DNA from: Picochlorum sp. SENEW3 | Taxonomy: Eukaryota | Reading direction: 5' to 3' | DNA length: 64,000 nt | NCBI GenBank assembly: GCA_034226945.1 | Contig: CP120456.1 | Location: 1 to 64,000 of the forward strand | Part shown: positions 45,034 to 54,311 of the stretch, piece after piece | How the letters are laid out: each line of letters begins with the position of its first letter | Numbering within the stretch: the stretch's first letter is position 1 | Notes under the pieces: model-generated | Database searches by the model: none | What the model saw: only the letters and a program-made list of their open reading frames with translations | Told to the model about the DNA's origin: nothing | Position numbers and translations under genes: made by a program

Positions 45034-45251
45034 TCGCCGCCATCCTTGCCTGTGGTGGGTGGTCGGACGTGCCGTTGCCGCGAGGTTGTGGTACTGCGAA
45101 TATAATTCAATTTTCGCAGTACCAACCGCCTGTTGCGGTTGAGAATCGATCGCTCAAGTCCAACCGGACTCTATCGAGCCATCAAACCCGATATTTGAAT
45201 TCTTTCAATTTATGTGATCGTATTGACGACGACGAAGGCCCCAAGTAAGTA

Positions 45252-46616
45252 ATGGAATACCGTTCGGGGCGCAGATCAGCGGAATCTCCGCTGGAAGAGG
45301 CTGGGCCAATGGGAAGAGAAATCCTCCTGCGAGCTAAAATGAACAGGGATGCTCTCATGTATGAAAAAGATGTGAGTTTGAAGTTGAATAAATTGGATGA
45401 AGTCACCGCGGGTGTGGGACAAGAGACAAAGGATAAGCAACAGTCGTGGTCGTTGTTGGCCGCTTGGGGTGGCGATGAGAATGCCTGCATGTCGCAAGGC
45501 GAGAACCGGGCAATGCCTCCCTGCCAACATCCACGACTGACATCCTTGGCAGGGGACTCCGATGATGACGCATCGATTGCTTCCAAAAGCACGTACGCGG
45601 TGACCAGAAGCGATTGCACCGGCAAGGTTTCTTCGCCAGGGGCATACCTTAGGTTGCAGAGCATCGCCACGGCGCCAGCTCCACACCCGCTGCCTGACCT
45701 GCTTCGATTAACGGCTTCTAGACACCAAATACCTATGGAAACAATCATTCATAGCATGGCAAGTCTGTCCAGGGCAGGGAAAGAGCGGGGTAAAAAAAAG
45801 ATAAACCAGGATAGCTGCTTTGCATTCAGGCAATTTGTTCACGCCCATCAGGCAATAGCTGGGGTGATGGATGGACATGGGCCCAATGGCCACGCTGTTT
45901 CTAGGTTCATCCGCAAGAGATTGCCGGCCGCCATTGCGGAAGAGATCAAAGCGAAGGGTGAAGTCGCTGTGCAGCCTGTGCTTCGCTCCTCGTTTATTCA
46001 GGCTCACGAGGACCTGAGATACGCGCCCGAGAGCATCAATGCCCGTCTAAGCGGCTCCACTGCGCTTGTAACATTGCTTCAAGGCAAGCGAGTCACAGCT
46101 GCATGGGTTGGGGACAGCAGGGCCATCATCGTCAGGCAGGAAGAAGCTGGTGTCTGGAGAGGCATTCCTCTAACCCAGGACCACAAGCCATCAGTGACAG
46201 GAGAGTACAACCGCATCTTGAATTATGGAGGCCGTGTCGAAAAGTTGGCGGATTCCTCTGGACGTGAAATTGGGCCGTATCGTGTGTGGCTGCCACGCGC
46301 ATGGGTGCCTGGGCTGGCCATGAGCCGAGCCATTGGAGATTTTGTGGCTCACAGTGTTGGTGTCATAGCTGACCCCGAAGTTGTCATTCACGAGGTGGAA
46401 GATCGCGACACTTTTCTCATCCTGGCTTCTGACGGTGTATGGGAGTTTATGTCCATCCAAGATGTCGCCACCCTGGTTGCCCCGTGCATCTCAGCAGAGG
46501 AGGCATGCCGTCTCATTGTGCAGGAGGCCACCTCCAGGTGGCAAGCAGTGGACGAAGGAGTAATAGATGACATTACAGTGGTCGCGACCAAATTTTTGAA
46601 ACAAAGGTGTCTCTAA
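45252..46616 (+). CDS. Protein phosphatase 2C
   Basis: NQDS, VMDGHG, SGST, VGDSRA, DHKP, GLAMSRAIGD, LASDGVWE, DDITV. Confidence 0.94.
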   Translation: MEYRSGRRSAESPLEEAGPMGREILLRAKMNRDALMYEKDVSLKLNKLDEVTAGVGQETKDKQQSWSLLAAWGGDENACMSQGENRAMPPCQHPRLTSLAGDSDDDASIASKSTYAVTRSDCTGKVSSPGAYLRLQSIATAPAPHPLPDLLRLTASRHQIPMETIIHSMASLSRAGKERGKKKINQDSCFAFRQFVHAHQAIAGVMDGHGPNGHAVSRFIRKRLPAAIAEEIKAKGEVAVQPVLRSSFIQAHEDLRYAPESINARLSGSTALVTLLQGKRVTAAWVGDSRAIIVRQEEAGVWRGIPLTQDHKPSVTGEYNRILNYGGRVEKLADSSGREIGPYRVWLPRAWVPGLAMSRAIGDFVAHSVGVIADPEVVIHEVEDRDTFLILASDGVWEFMSIQDVATLVAPCISAEEACRLIVQEATSRWQAVDEGVIDDITVVATKFLKQRCL

Positions 46617-48102
46617 ATTTCCAAACTCTGGAAACCTCCCGTCGCGACAGGGCAGTCAGAACTATGGCTCCTATCGTACAAGGAACAAGATACAAAAGGG
46701 CAGGCTGCCCCAGACCAGTCACCTCATTTGCCGCAAAAGCTGCTGATAGACCGACAATGTACGCAATCACGACGCTGACGAAGTAGGTGCGGTTCTGAAG
46801 CACTGCGTCCGACACAGTGAAGACTGTATTGTTTTCAGATGACAACCCTTGACTTCTGTCTTGCTGCTCCAGTTCCAGGTTGGCAATTCTATCGTATGCA
46901 TCCTCCGCTGCTGTGCCAGTTAGAGTTGCAACCTCATCACCAGATTCCTGACCAGTGAGGCACCCAATCGCCTCGGTGATTGCATCGGCTGCTGCAATGC
47001 CTCGGGCCCTCATGTCAATCGACCTCGATGCATCGTATCGAAGAGCAAGACAACAGAGTAATCCAGGAATGGCTATATCTCCCAGACCCAACAAGGCAAA
47101 TGGAAAGGAACTTGCTTCCCCCAAGGAACCTGGGATGCGAGGAAACAACAACCTGGTTGGCCCCACCACAGCATCCGAAGTGGCAACCTTTAACATGACG
47201 TTTTCGCCGATCGCTGCTGGCGATGCAAAAACCCACGTGACGTCATATAAGAGCATCCCAATTAGTAAAACTCCAGCTACGCGAAACGAAGAGAGCCCAA
47301 TCAACTGCATGATGTCTGCAGCAATCAGGCATGCTATCAGGTTGTTGACGGTAAAGTTGCCATGGTGTGATACCATGTCCAAAGTAGCCAAGGAAATGCC
47401 GAGAACTGCTACGAATATATCTGTCAGATACAAATGAAGAGATGTCACCTTCTCTCCGTCCGGTCCTACGGCACCCAGGAACTCGGGGACATTGACATGC
47501 ATCACAGACTGCAGATTTGATTTCTTTCCCAAAGCCTTCATGGGATCTCTGAATGCTCCAATCGTGGCAAAACATGCCAACAACCAAAAATATATATCCA
47601 AAAGCGTCTGTAAGTTGAGATCGGGAAAGTATTTCGTGATCGCATAGAGCGTGAGCAAGGCTGCGGAAGCAAAGACTGGTGCAAGCACCCCTTGCTTGAG
47701 GGTGACTGCTTGTCTTTCTTTCGAATTGAGCCCTCTGTGCGCCCCCATGTAGATCGTCGTCACTGCTAACGAAATGAAATAAAACAAATCTCCTATTTTG
47801 CTCTCCTGAACGGCTGGCAAAAGACCAAGGAGCAAAACAGCACTGAAAACCGAGTACGTTCTTGTCGCGTCTGCTGATTCGTTCCACTGCCACACATCCG
47901 CTGCTGCTGGAGCAGCGATCTCATCGCTCACCGTTCGATTTCCATTCGTCACAGATACCGTGATTGCTTTCCGCCGCCTGCGACCCGGGAGTTGTTCCAG
48001 TCCACGCCTCCTCTGTCCACCGAGATGAAGGGCGAAACGCCTCAAGTTGGAGTTGGAGAGTGACCCCAACCTCAACGTGTCGTTTACAAAACATTGCATC
48101 AT
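46573..48102 (-). CDS. Signal peptide peptidase-like aspartyl protease (A22B)
   Basis: LLYDVTWVF (YD), LGLGDIAIPG, QPALLYLVP, multiple transmembrane helices. Confidence 0.92.
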   Translation of the reverse strand: MMQCFVNDTLRLGSLSNSNLRRFALHLGGQRRRGLEQLPGRRRRKAITVSVTNGNRTVSDEIAAPAAADVWQWNESADATRTYSVFSAVLLLGLLPAVQESKIGDLFYFISLAVTTIYMGAHRGLNSKERQAVTLKQGVLAPVFASAALLTLYAITKYFPDLNLQTLLDIYFWLLACFATIGAFRDPMKALGKKSNLQSVMHVNVPEFLGAVGPDGEKVTSLHLYLTDIFVAVLGISLATLDMVSHHGNFTVNNLIACLIAADIMQLIGLSSFRVAGVLLIGMLLYDVTWVFASPAAIGENVMLKVATSDAVVGPTRLLFPRIPGSLGEASSFPFALLGLGDIAIPGLLCCLALRYDASRSIDMRARGIAAADAITEAIGCLTGQESGDEVATLTGTAAEDAYDRIANLELEQQDRSQGLSSENNTVFTVSDAVLQNRTYFVSVVIAYIVGLSAAFAANEVTGLGQPALLYLVPCTIGAIVLTALSRREVSRVWKFRDTFVSKIWSRPL

Positions 48103-48287
48103 TCATTCATGTAAATTATAAAGTCAATCAAAAACCTATTGATCTAATCAACCTAGAACCTTTGATTGTCAGATCCCATGCGATCTAAAATTGATACGTA
48201 TCCATCCTCAGCTGAGGCCACAGCCATGAAAAGCACAAAAATCTTCCTCCTGACTCAGTCCTGAGCATGAAATCGTTACAATTGTAA

Positions 48288-49034
48288 TCAATCGTACAAT
48301 TCATCTATCGCCTCCTTTTCCATTTCCAATCTAGACTTTCTCCTCTGCACTGGCATTACTGGTTCTCCATTTCTCTGGCTCTCCTGAAAAGCCATCTTGT
48401 CCCTCTCAAGGCGACCCACATGTTTTTTGAGGTCAAGGCTTTCAGGTTCTGAGCCCTCCTTGGCCCCTGTGCTCTTCAAAGATGGCGCATACTTTTGCGT
48501 TAGAGCGGCGTCTTTTTTCCTCTTCTCCATCACACACACGTGGGACCTGAACACCTCTTCCAGGGGAGGTGCTGGCTCCTCGTGCTTCTTCTTGGAAAGC
48601 ACATGTGTAGTTGTTTCATTCTCTGCACAGTTTTCGAGTTTTTCGCGTTCTAACCTACTCAAATGGGGTCTTAGTATTGAGTTCAACGGCTCGCGCGTGT
48701 CGATTGGCCTCGTTGGGCTCTTCCGTGGCTCATTCTTCTCAAGAGCTTCCTTCTTCCTCCTCTCCAACACAGACTCGTGACGAGGAAGATCATCCAACCT
48801 GATGCCTCCGAATGCCTTTGCGGTGGGAATATATTCCCGATGTCCATCATCCGCTGAGACAGGGTTGGACCCTCTTCCGTCGACGGTCCCAGGGCTTTGT
48901 CGGTCCTCCGCAGACTCTGCCTTCTTGACAGCCGCGGTCGACTCAATGTGCGCAATCATCATGAAAATAATTTTCTTTGACTGTGTTTCGTGGAATCGAC
49001 GCAAATTCTCCCTCGTATCGGGTGCAAATGTCAC
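48288..49034 (-). CDS. Hypothetical hydrophilic protein with five internal H-x-S-R-L-E-like repeats
   Basis: Long ORF filling the gap between known genes, with a repeated peptide motif. Confidence 0.6.
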   Translation of the reverse strand: MTFAPDTRENLRRFHETQSKKIIFMMIAHIESTAAVKKAESAEDRQSPGTVDGRGSNPVSADDGHREYIPTAKAFGGIRLDDLPRHESVLERRKKEALEKNEPRKSPTRPIDTREPLNSILRPHLSRLEREKLENCAENETTTHVLSKKKHEEPAPPLEEVFRSHVCVMEKRKKDAALTQKYAPSLKSTGAKEGSEPESLDLKKHVGRLERDKMAFQESQRNGEPVMPVQRRKSRLEMEKEAIDELYD

Positions 49035-49498
49035 TCACGACGAGGCTATTGTGTCCCAATTCTGAATTGATCAGTGCTCAATACGAAATGAAATCCCTGT
49101 GATGATGATTAAAAAAAAATTAAATTTGCAATTCTCTCCTGGCATATGCCAATGCATTGGTGGCTTTGTTGCCTCGAATGCCTCGCAATTCGCGATCATC
49201 ACGGTACCCACCGGTGGGTACCCAACATCGAAGGCAGCGATGAGTGCAGCACAGGCTGGATCGCGGCATTTTTATTGAATCACAATGCGACATTTTGGTT
49301 TGCTTCGAGGAAGAGGTGTGCCTGAAGCCTCTCGAATGCCAAGGTGCAGTGTTGCACGCCTTGGTTGCGGTGGACAATGGTATGATGGCGCATTGTACTA
49401 TTCATGGCGGAAACTTTGGGATCTGTCTGATGTGAGTTTTCTCTTGTGGCTGCAGCGCGACTGTACGAGTTCTTCAGAGACGCCGAGCGAGGCAGCAG

Positions 49499-51154
49499 AT
49501 GGATAGGTTGGCAGTGTGCAGAGCTGCCACGAGTGCAGCGGCTTCTGCGGACATCAGCGGCAAAGAATATGACGCAATTGTTATTGGTGGGGGTATGGGG
49601 GGGCTCACCACGGCCGCAAAGTTGGCCGAGGCTGGCTGTTCTGTCATTGTCCTTGAAAAATACATCATCCCAGGGGGGTCAGCAGGGCACTTTGAGAGAA
49701 ATGGTTTCGTGTTCGACGTCGGGTCTTCTATGATGTTTGGTTTAGGAGACGAAGGGACTACAAATCTGATAACCAAGGCGCTGGAATCCGTCGGTAAGAA
49801 GCTGGACACGGTGCCAGACCCCACCCAGATACACTATCATTTGCCGTCTTCCAAGGCCCACCCTGGGGGCCTCGAGGTGAAAGTATGGAGGAATTACGAG
49901 GAGTTTATTCTCGAGCTATGCTCCAAGTTTCCACATGAGAGGGAGGGAATCCGAAAATTTTACGATGACTGTTGGAAAGTGTTCAACTCGCTCAACTCGA
50001 TAGATTTGAAATCGTTGGAGGAGCCCAGGTATCTCATGCAGCAGTTTGTCAAGCAGCCTGTATCTTGTCTGACCTTGGCTTCTTTCTTAGGGTCCAACGC
50101 TGGTGATGTAGCTCGAAAATATATCAGAGATGAGGAATTGTTAAATTTTATAGACATTGAGTGCTACTGTTGGAGCACGGTGTTGGCAAAAGATACTCCA
50201 ACGATCAACGCCGGAATGGTGTTCTGTGACAGACACTTTGGCGGAATTAATTATCCTGTGGGAGGTGTAGGTCGAATTCCGGAGCTCATGGCGGAAGGGA
50301 TTGTAGAAAAAGGCGGGCACGTCGAGTACAAGGCCAACGTGAAAAAGATTGTGGTCCAAGATGGGCAGGCATGTGGGGTCGAGCTCGCAGACGGGAGGCT
50401 GCTGCGTGGTAAGAAGGTTATAAGCAACGCAACTCGATGGGATACATTCGAAAATCTGCTGAAGGATGCCCCAGAGGGCGTGCGAATGCCAGAGTCTGAA
50501 GTGTCCTTCAGGGACAAGTACAAAATGAGCCCATCCTTTGTGTCGATTCACATGGCAATCAAAGAAAACGACTCTGTATCGAGAACATTAGGCACTGAAT
50601 GTCATCATATTATCGTGGAAGAATGGAACGAAATGATGGATCCACTCGGCACCCTGTTTGTGTCCATTCCGTCCTTGCTTGACCCATCCCTGTCCCCAGA
50701 GGGAACTCACGTCTTCCATGCATTTTCACCAGATTGGATGGAAAATTGGGATTTGAAAGGGGACGAATATTTGCAAAAGAAGGACGAGGTCGCCAACACC
50801 TTCATCAAGAGGCTGGAAAAGGTATTCCCCGGACTGTCAGAGTCCATCATCTTCAAAGAGGTAGGCACACCTCGCACCCACAGGAAATTCCTCAATAGAA
50901 TCGATGGGACATACGGCCCAATACCATCAAGAAGACCATTTGGCATGGTGGGGATGCCATTCAACACAACCGATGTACCTGGGCTCTATTGTGTGGGAGA
51001 CTCCACCTTTCCTGGCCAGGGCGTCAACGCTGTCGTCTTCTCAGGGTTTGGTTGTGCCCACCGCGTCCTTTGCGATCTTGGCAAGGAATCATCCTGGCCA
51101 GCAGTAGACAGTATATTCAATGCGGGTCTCCGAGCCGCAAGGAATGCCGTTTAA
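49499..51154 (+). CDS. CRTISO: Prolycopene (carotenoid) isomerase
   Basis: IGGGMGGL FAD motif, LEKYIIPGGS, FDVGSSMMFG, DRHFGGINYPVGG, GDSTFPGQG. An upstream transit-peptide exon is possible. Confidence 0.92.
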   Translation: MDRLAVCRAATSAAASADISGKEYDAIVIGGGMGGLTTAAKLAEAGCSVIVLEKYIIPGGSAGHFERNGFVFDVGSSMMFGLGDEGTTNLITKALESVGKKLDTVPDPTQIHYHLPSSKAHPGGLEVKVWRNYEEFILELCSKFPHEREGIRKFYDDCWKVFNSLNSIDLKSLEEPRYLMQQFVKQPVSCLTLASFLGSNAGDVARKYIRDEELLNFIDIECYCWSTVLAKDTPTINAGMVFCDRHFGGINYPVGGVGRIPELMAEGIVEKGGHVEYKANVKKIVVQDGQACGVELADGRLLRGKKVISNATRWDTFENLLKDAPEGVRMPESEVSFRDKYKMSPSFVSIHMAIKENDSVSRTLGTECHHIIVEEWNEMMDPLGTLFVSIPSLLDPSLSPEGTHVFHAFSPDWMENWDLKGDEYLQKKDEVANTFIKRLEKVFPGLSESIIFKEVGTPRTHRKFLNRIDGTYGPIPSRRPFGMVGMPFNTTDVPGLYCVGDSTFPGQGVNAVVFSGFGCAHRVLCDLGKESSWPAVDSIFNAGLRAARNAV

Positions 51155-51403
51155 GTTGCACAAAAAAATAAAATGTAAAACATCCTATCCAAGGGACCTC
51201 ATAAGCGGGAATCTCTCATCAGAATGAGAGGCCAATGGCCCCCACCCATCCACCACCCGCCTTGACCGGATATCCAATCGGAATCACACATCATCGGTGC
51301 CGGCTATGACGGCAGGTCTTCGAATAGAGGCGATCCCTCCCTCCCCTCCACCTCTCATTTGATATAAATTTCTGAACGCAGCTTGTATCAAAGAAGTATT
51401 ATA

Positions 51404-52975
51404 ATGGCTGCTGCACGTCCTCTTGTGGCCGTGCAAGGATTAGACGGCACTGCCGTGGGACAGGTACGCCGACTGTGGAATTGAGGCGACGGCCAGCACC
51501 ACCTCGCGACATCCCTGCAATATATGCCATGCAAATGATCAAACAATTAATCTATATTATTTTTATACACAGGTCGAGCTTCCTGCCGTGTTCTCCGCCC
51601 CCATCCGTTCTGACATTGTCCAGACCGTCCACACCAACATGAACAAGAACAAGCGTCAGGCATACGCAGTTTCATCAAAGGCTGGTCATCAGACCGCAGC
51701 TGAATCTTGGGGTACTGGAAGGGCTGTTTCTCGTATTCCACGTGTTCCAGGAGGAGGAACTCACAGAGCAGGTGCGTTCTGTCTCGAAGGGGTCGGCCAG
51801 GATGGAAGTGGAGGCTGTCTCCACCTATCGCTGCATCCAGTGGCCCAGTATATTGAAATGTTGAAATGGTTGGGGATTTTGAATATTAGGATGGGGATTG
51901 TCTGATCATCAGATGTGGGTCACCTGCGGTCGGCTGCGCCGACTCGGGAGTCTGCAATGGGAACAGCTTTCATGTGGGTTGAAACGGGTCAATCCTGACG
52001 AATGAAGTTGACATGTTTTGATTTGTGATGACTGCAGGACAAGGAGCTTTCGGAAACATGTGCCGAGGAGGACACATGTATGCTCCAACCAAGACTTGGC
52101 GAAGGTGGCACAGAAAGATCAACGTGAACCAGAAGCGCTACGCTGTTGTGTCGGCTTTGGCCGCTTCTGCTATTCCAGCCCTGGTGATGGCTCGTGGGCA
52201 CAGGGTGGAGAACATCCCAGAGATTCCATTGGTGGTTGACGATGCTGTGGAGAGCATCACCAAGACCAAGGCTGCCATTCAGCTTTTGGCTGCCATTGGA
52301 GCCAACGACGATGTGGAGAAAGCACGTGCCTCCAAGAACCTCCGCCGTGGTAAGGGTAAGATGCGTAACCGTAGATATGTGGCCCGCCGCGGACCACTTG
52401 TGATCTCAGGAGGGTCTCCAGAGGTTGCTCGCTCCTTCCGCAACATCCCAGGAGTGGAGGTGGCAAATGTGGACAGCCTCAGCTTGCTCCAGCTCGCCCC
52501 AGGAGGTCATTTGGGTCGATTCATTATCTGGACCAAGAGTGCATTTGCTAGGCTGGACGAAATCTTCGGCACCAGTGAGACAGAGTCTTCTGTGAAGAAG
52601 GGATACAAAATCCCACGCAACATCATGACCAACCCGGATTTGGCCCGTCTGATTAACAGTGACGAGGTTCAGAGCGTAGTAGCAGCTCCAAAGGAGGGAG
52701 GACGCAAGGCTCCATTGAAGAAGAACCCACTGAGAAATCTCGGTGCCCTTCTGAAGTTGAACCCAGCTGCCAAGGCCCAGCGCCGAGCAAACTTGTTGGC
52801 TTCTGAAGAGTCTAGAGCAAAGAAGGCCAGAGAAGCCAAGCTTCAGGCTGCTAGAGCTAACCGTAATGCTGTGAAGAAGGTTTCCAAGGAATTCTACAGC
52901 AAGATGGTGACAGATGCGGACTACATTGGAGAGGATTACGATGTCTTCTCTAGATGGTTGGGTACAACCCAGTAG
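51404..52975 (+). CDS. RPL4: 60S ribosomal protein L4 (uL4); exons 51404-51463, 51573-51771, 52038-52975
   Basis: [44 protein letters not shown]. The two GT-AG introns keep the frame. Confidence 0.97.
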
Positions 52976-53068
52976 ATGGTTTTGATAGCACGAGTAAAAG
53001 TACAAAAACATAGTCAACTATTTTTATCAATCTAAGAAAATCAACATGATGTTTCTTATGTAATGGTA

Positions 53069-53204
53069 CAGTAAAAATTATAAATTTCATTAGGCCCAAT
53101 GGAAACTTCCACCGCAGGCCTCCTGTATCTTTGAGTGATGCACTGCCTGATGCTCATGTAAAAAAACCACAAACACGTGTCAGACAGCGACTGACACACC
53201 GAAT
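53069..53204 (-). ncRNA. Candidate Fanzor omega-RNA scaffold region
   Basis: Lies directly 3' of the Fanzor stop. Hairpins at 53177-53197 (7-bp perfect stem) and 53092-53121 (~12-bp bulged stem). The call rests on position and structure only. Confidence 0.4.
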
Positions 53205-54278
53205 TCATTCATCACAGCCTCTCTTCCTTTTGAATGGACTGAGCCGTTCTCCCTCGCCATTATCTTTCACTGAATAACAGTAATGGAGAAACAAATTCAA
53301 AATATTAATAGAGGCATTGATATCTCTATCCCAAACTGTTCGTATGCAATCGTTTTGTAAGCAACGTTTCATCCTGAACTGTTTTCGTAATTGGGACATT
53401 ATACCATGGCAGCAACTGCAGAGTTTGGAGGTTCTGAATTCATTCGTGACCACCACTCTACAATTCTCTGATACCTTTTTAAACAATTTTGTTGACATCA
53501 TTGGAGCGGTTCCTCTCAAAGTGCCATTTTTATCACCGTCACCATATGCAATTATCACCTTCTTCTGTTCTTCTTTATTCTTCGTGCCAGCAATTTTTGC
53601 AACAACATCTTCCATGGCTTTCTGGCGCTTACAGAACTTCCTCATCCTTTGTTTTTGGAACCACTTTGACCCATGAAAAAAGGCATTATTTATCTGAGGC
53701 CATAACTCAACTTGCTTTCTATATGCAGCAAGTGTTCTTTCAATATCTACTGTCTTGGTGGATGACAAACTTCTCCATGATGGGCAGAAAGCCGTCATTC
53801 TCTTGTTCATCTTTGCCGTATACTGTTTTTGCCCTGATAAATACCTCCATTCACCTCCTCCAATGCTGCCACTGTCGTACCTTTCTTCCTTCATTGTTTT
53901 TTCCCCTTCATCTCCTTTCCATTTTTTATGTTTAGTTTGTTTCAAAGGATCATGGTACACCCAGGTCGCAGCACTCTTTTTTCCAGGGTCCAACCCAACA
54001 ACTTTGCATTTTGCATAGTAGATTCCATCAACTTTTTCTAGTTGCATCAGATCTTTGATATCTTCATGGATCAGTGTTTGGTCATTTCTCTTGTTTATAC
54101 CAGCTAACAGATTCATCCTTTTCCGTTGTAAGCCGTCAATCAATGGATAGATCCGGGAGAACAGAACAAGGAAATCAACAGGCAATGTGACCTCTCCAAT
54201 AAGATCCTTCGGTCTTGGAAAGAGAGCAGTTGCATCATCACCCATCCCTTTTTTGCCTCGCATCTGACACACCTCCAA
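53205..54278 (-). CDS. Fanzor (eukaryotic TnpB-family RuvC endonuclease), Fanzor1-like, N-terminally short
   Basis: RuvC-I VVGLDPG, IIAYGDG, rearranged RuvC-II NEFRTSKL next to zinc ribbon CSCC..CLQNDC, RuvC-III WDRDINASINI. AT-richer than its neighbours. First ATG at 54263. Confidence 0.88.
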   Translation of the reverse strand: MEVCQMRGKKGMGDDATALFPRPKDLIGEVTLPVDFLVLFSRIYPLIDGLQRKRMNLLAGINKRNDQTLIHEDIKDLMQLEKVDGIYYAKCKVVGLDPGKKSAATWVYHDPLKQTKHKKWKGDEGEKTMKEERYDSGSIGGGEWRYLSGQKQYTAKMNKRMTAFCPSWRSLSSTKTVDIERTLAAYRKQVELWPQINNAFFHGSKWFQKQRMRKFCKRQKAMEDVVAKIAGTKNKEEQKKVIIAYGDGDKNGTLRGTAPMMSTKLFKKVSENCRVVVTNEFRTSKLCSCCHGIMSQLRKQFRMKRCLQNDCIRTVWDRDINASINILNLFLHYCYSVKDNGEGERLSPFKRKRGCDE

Positions 54279-54311
54279 GCACCATTTTCCATACGTAATG
54301 GTAATTTAACT

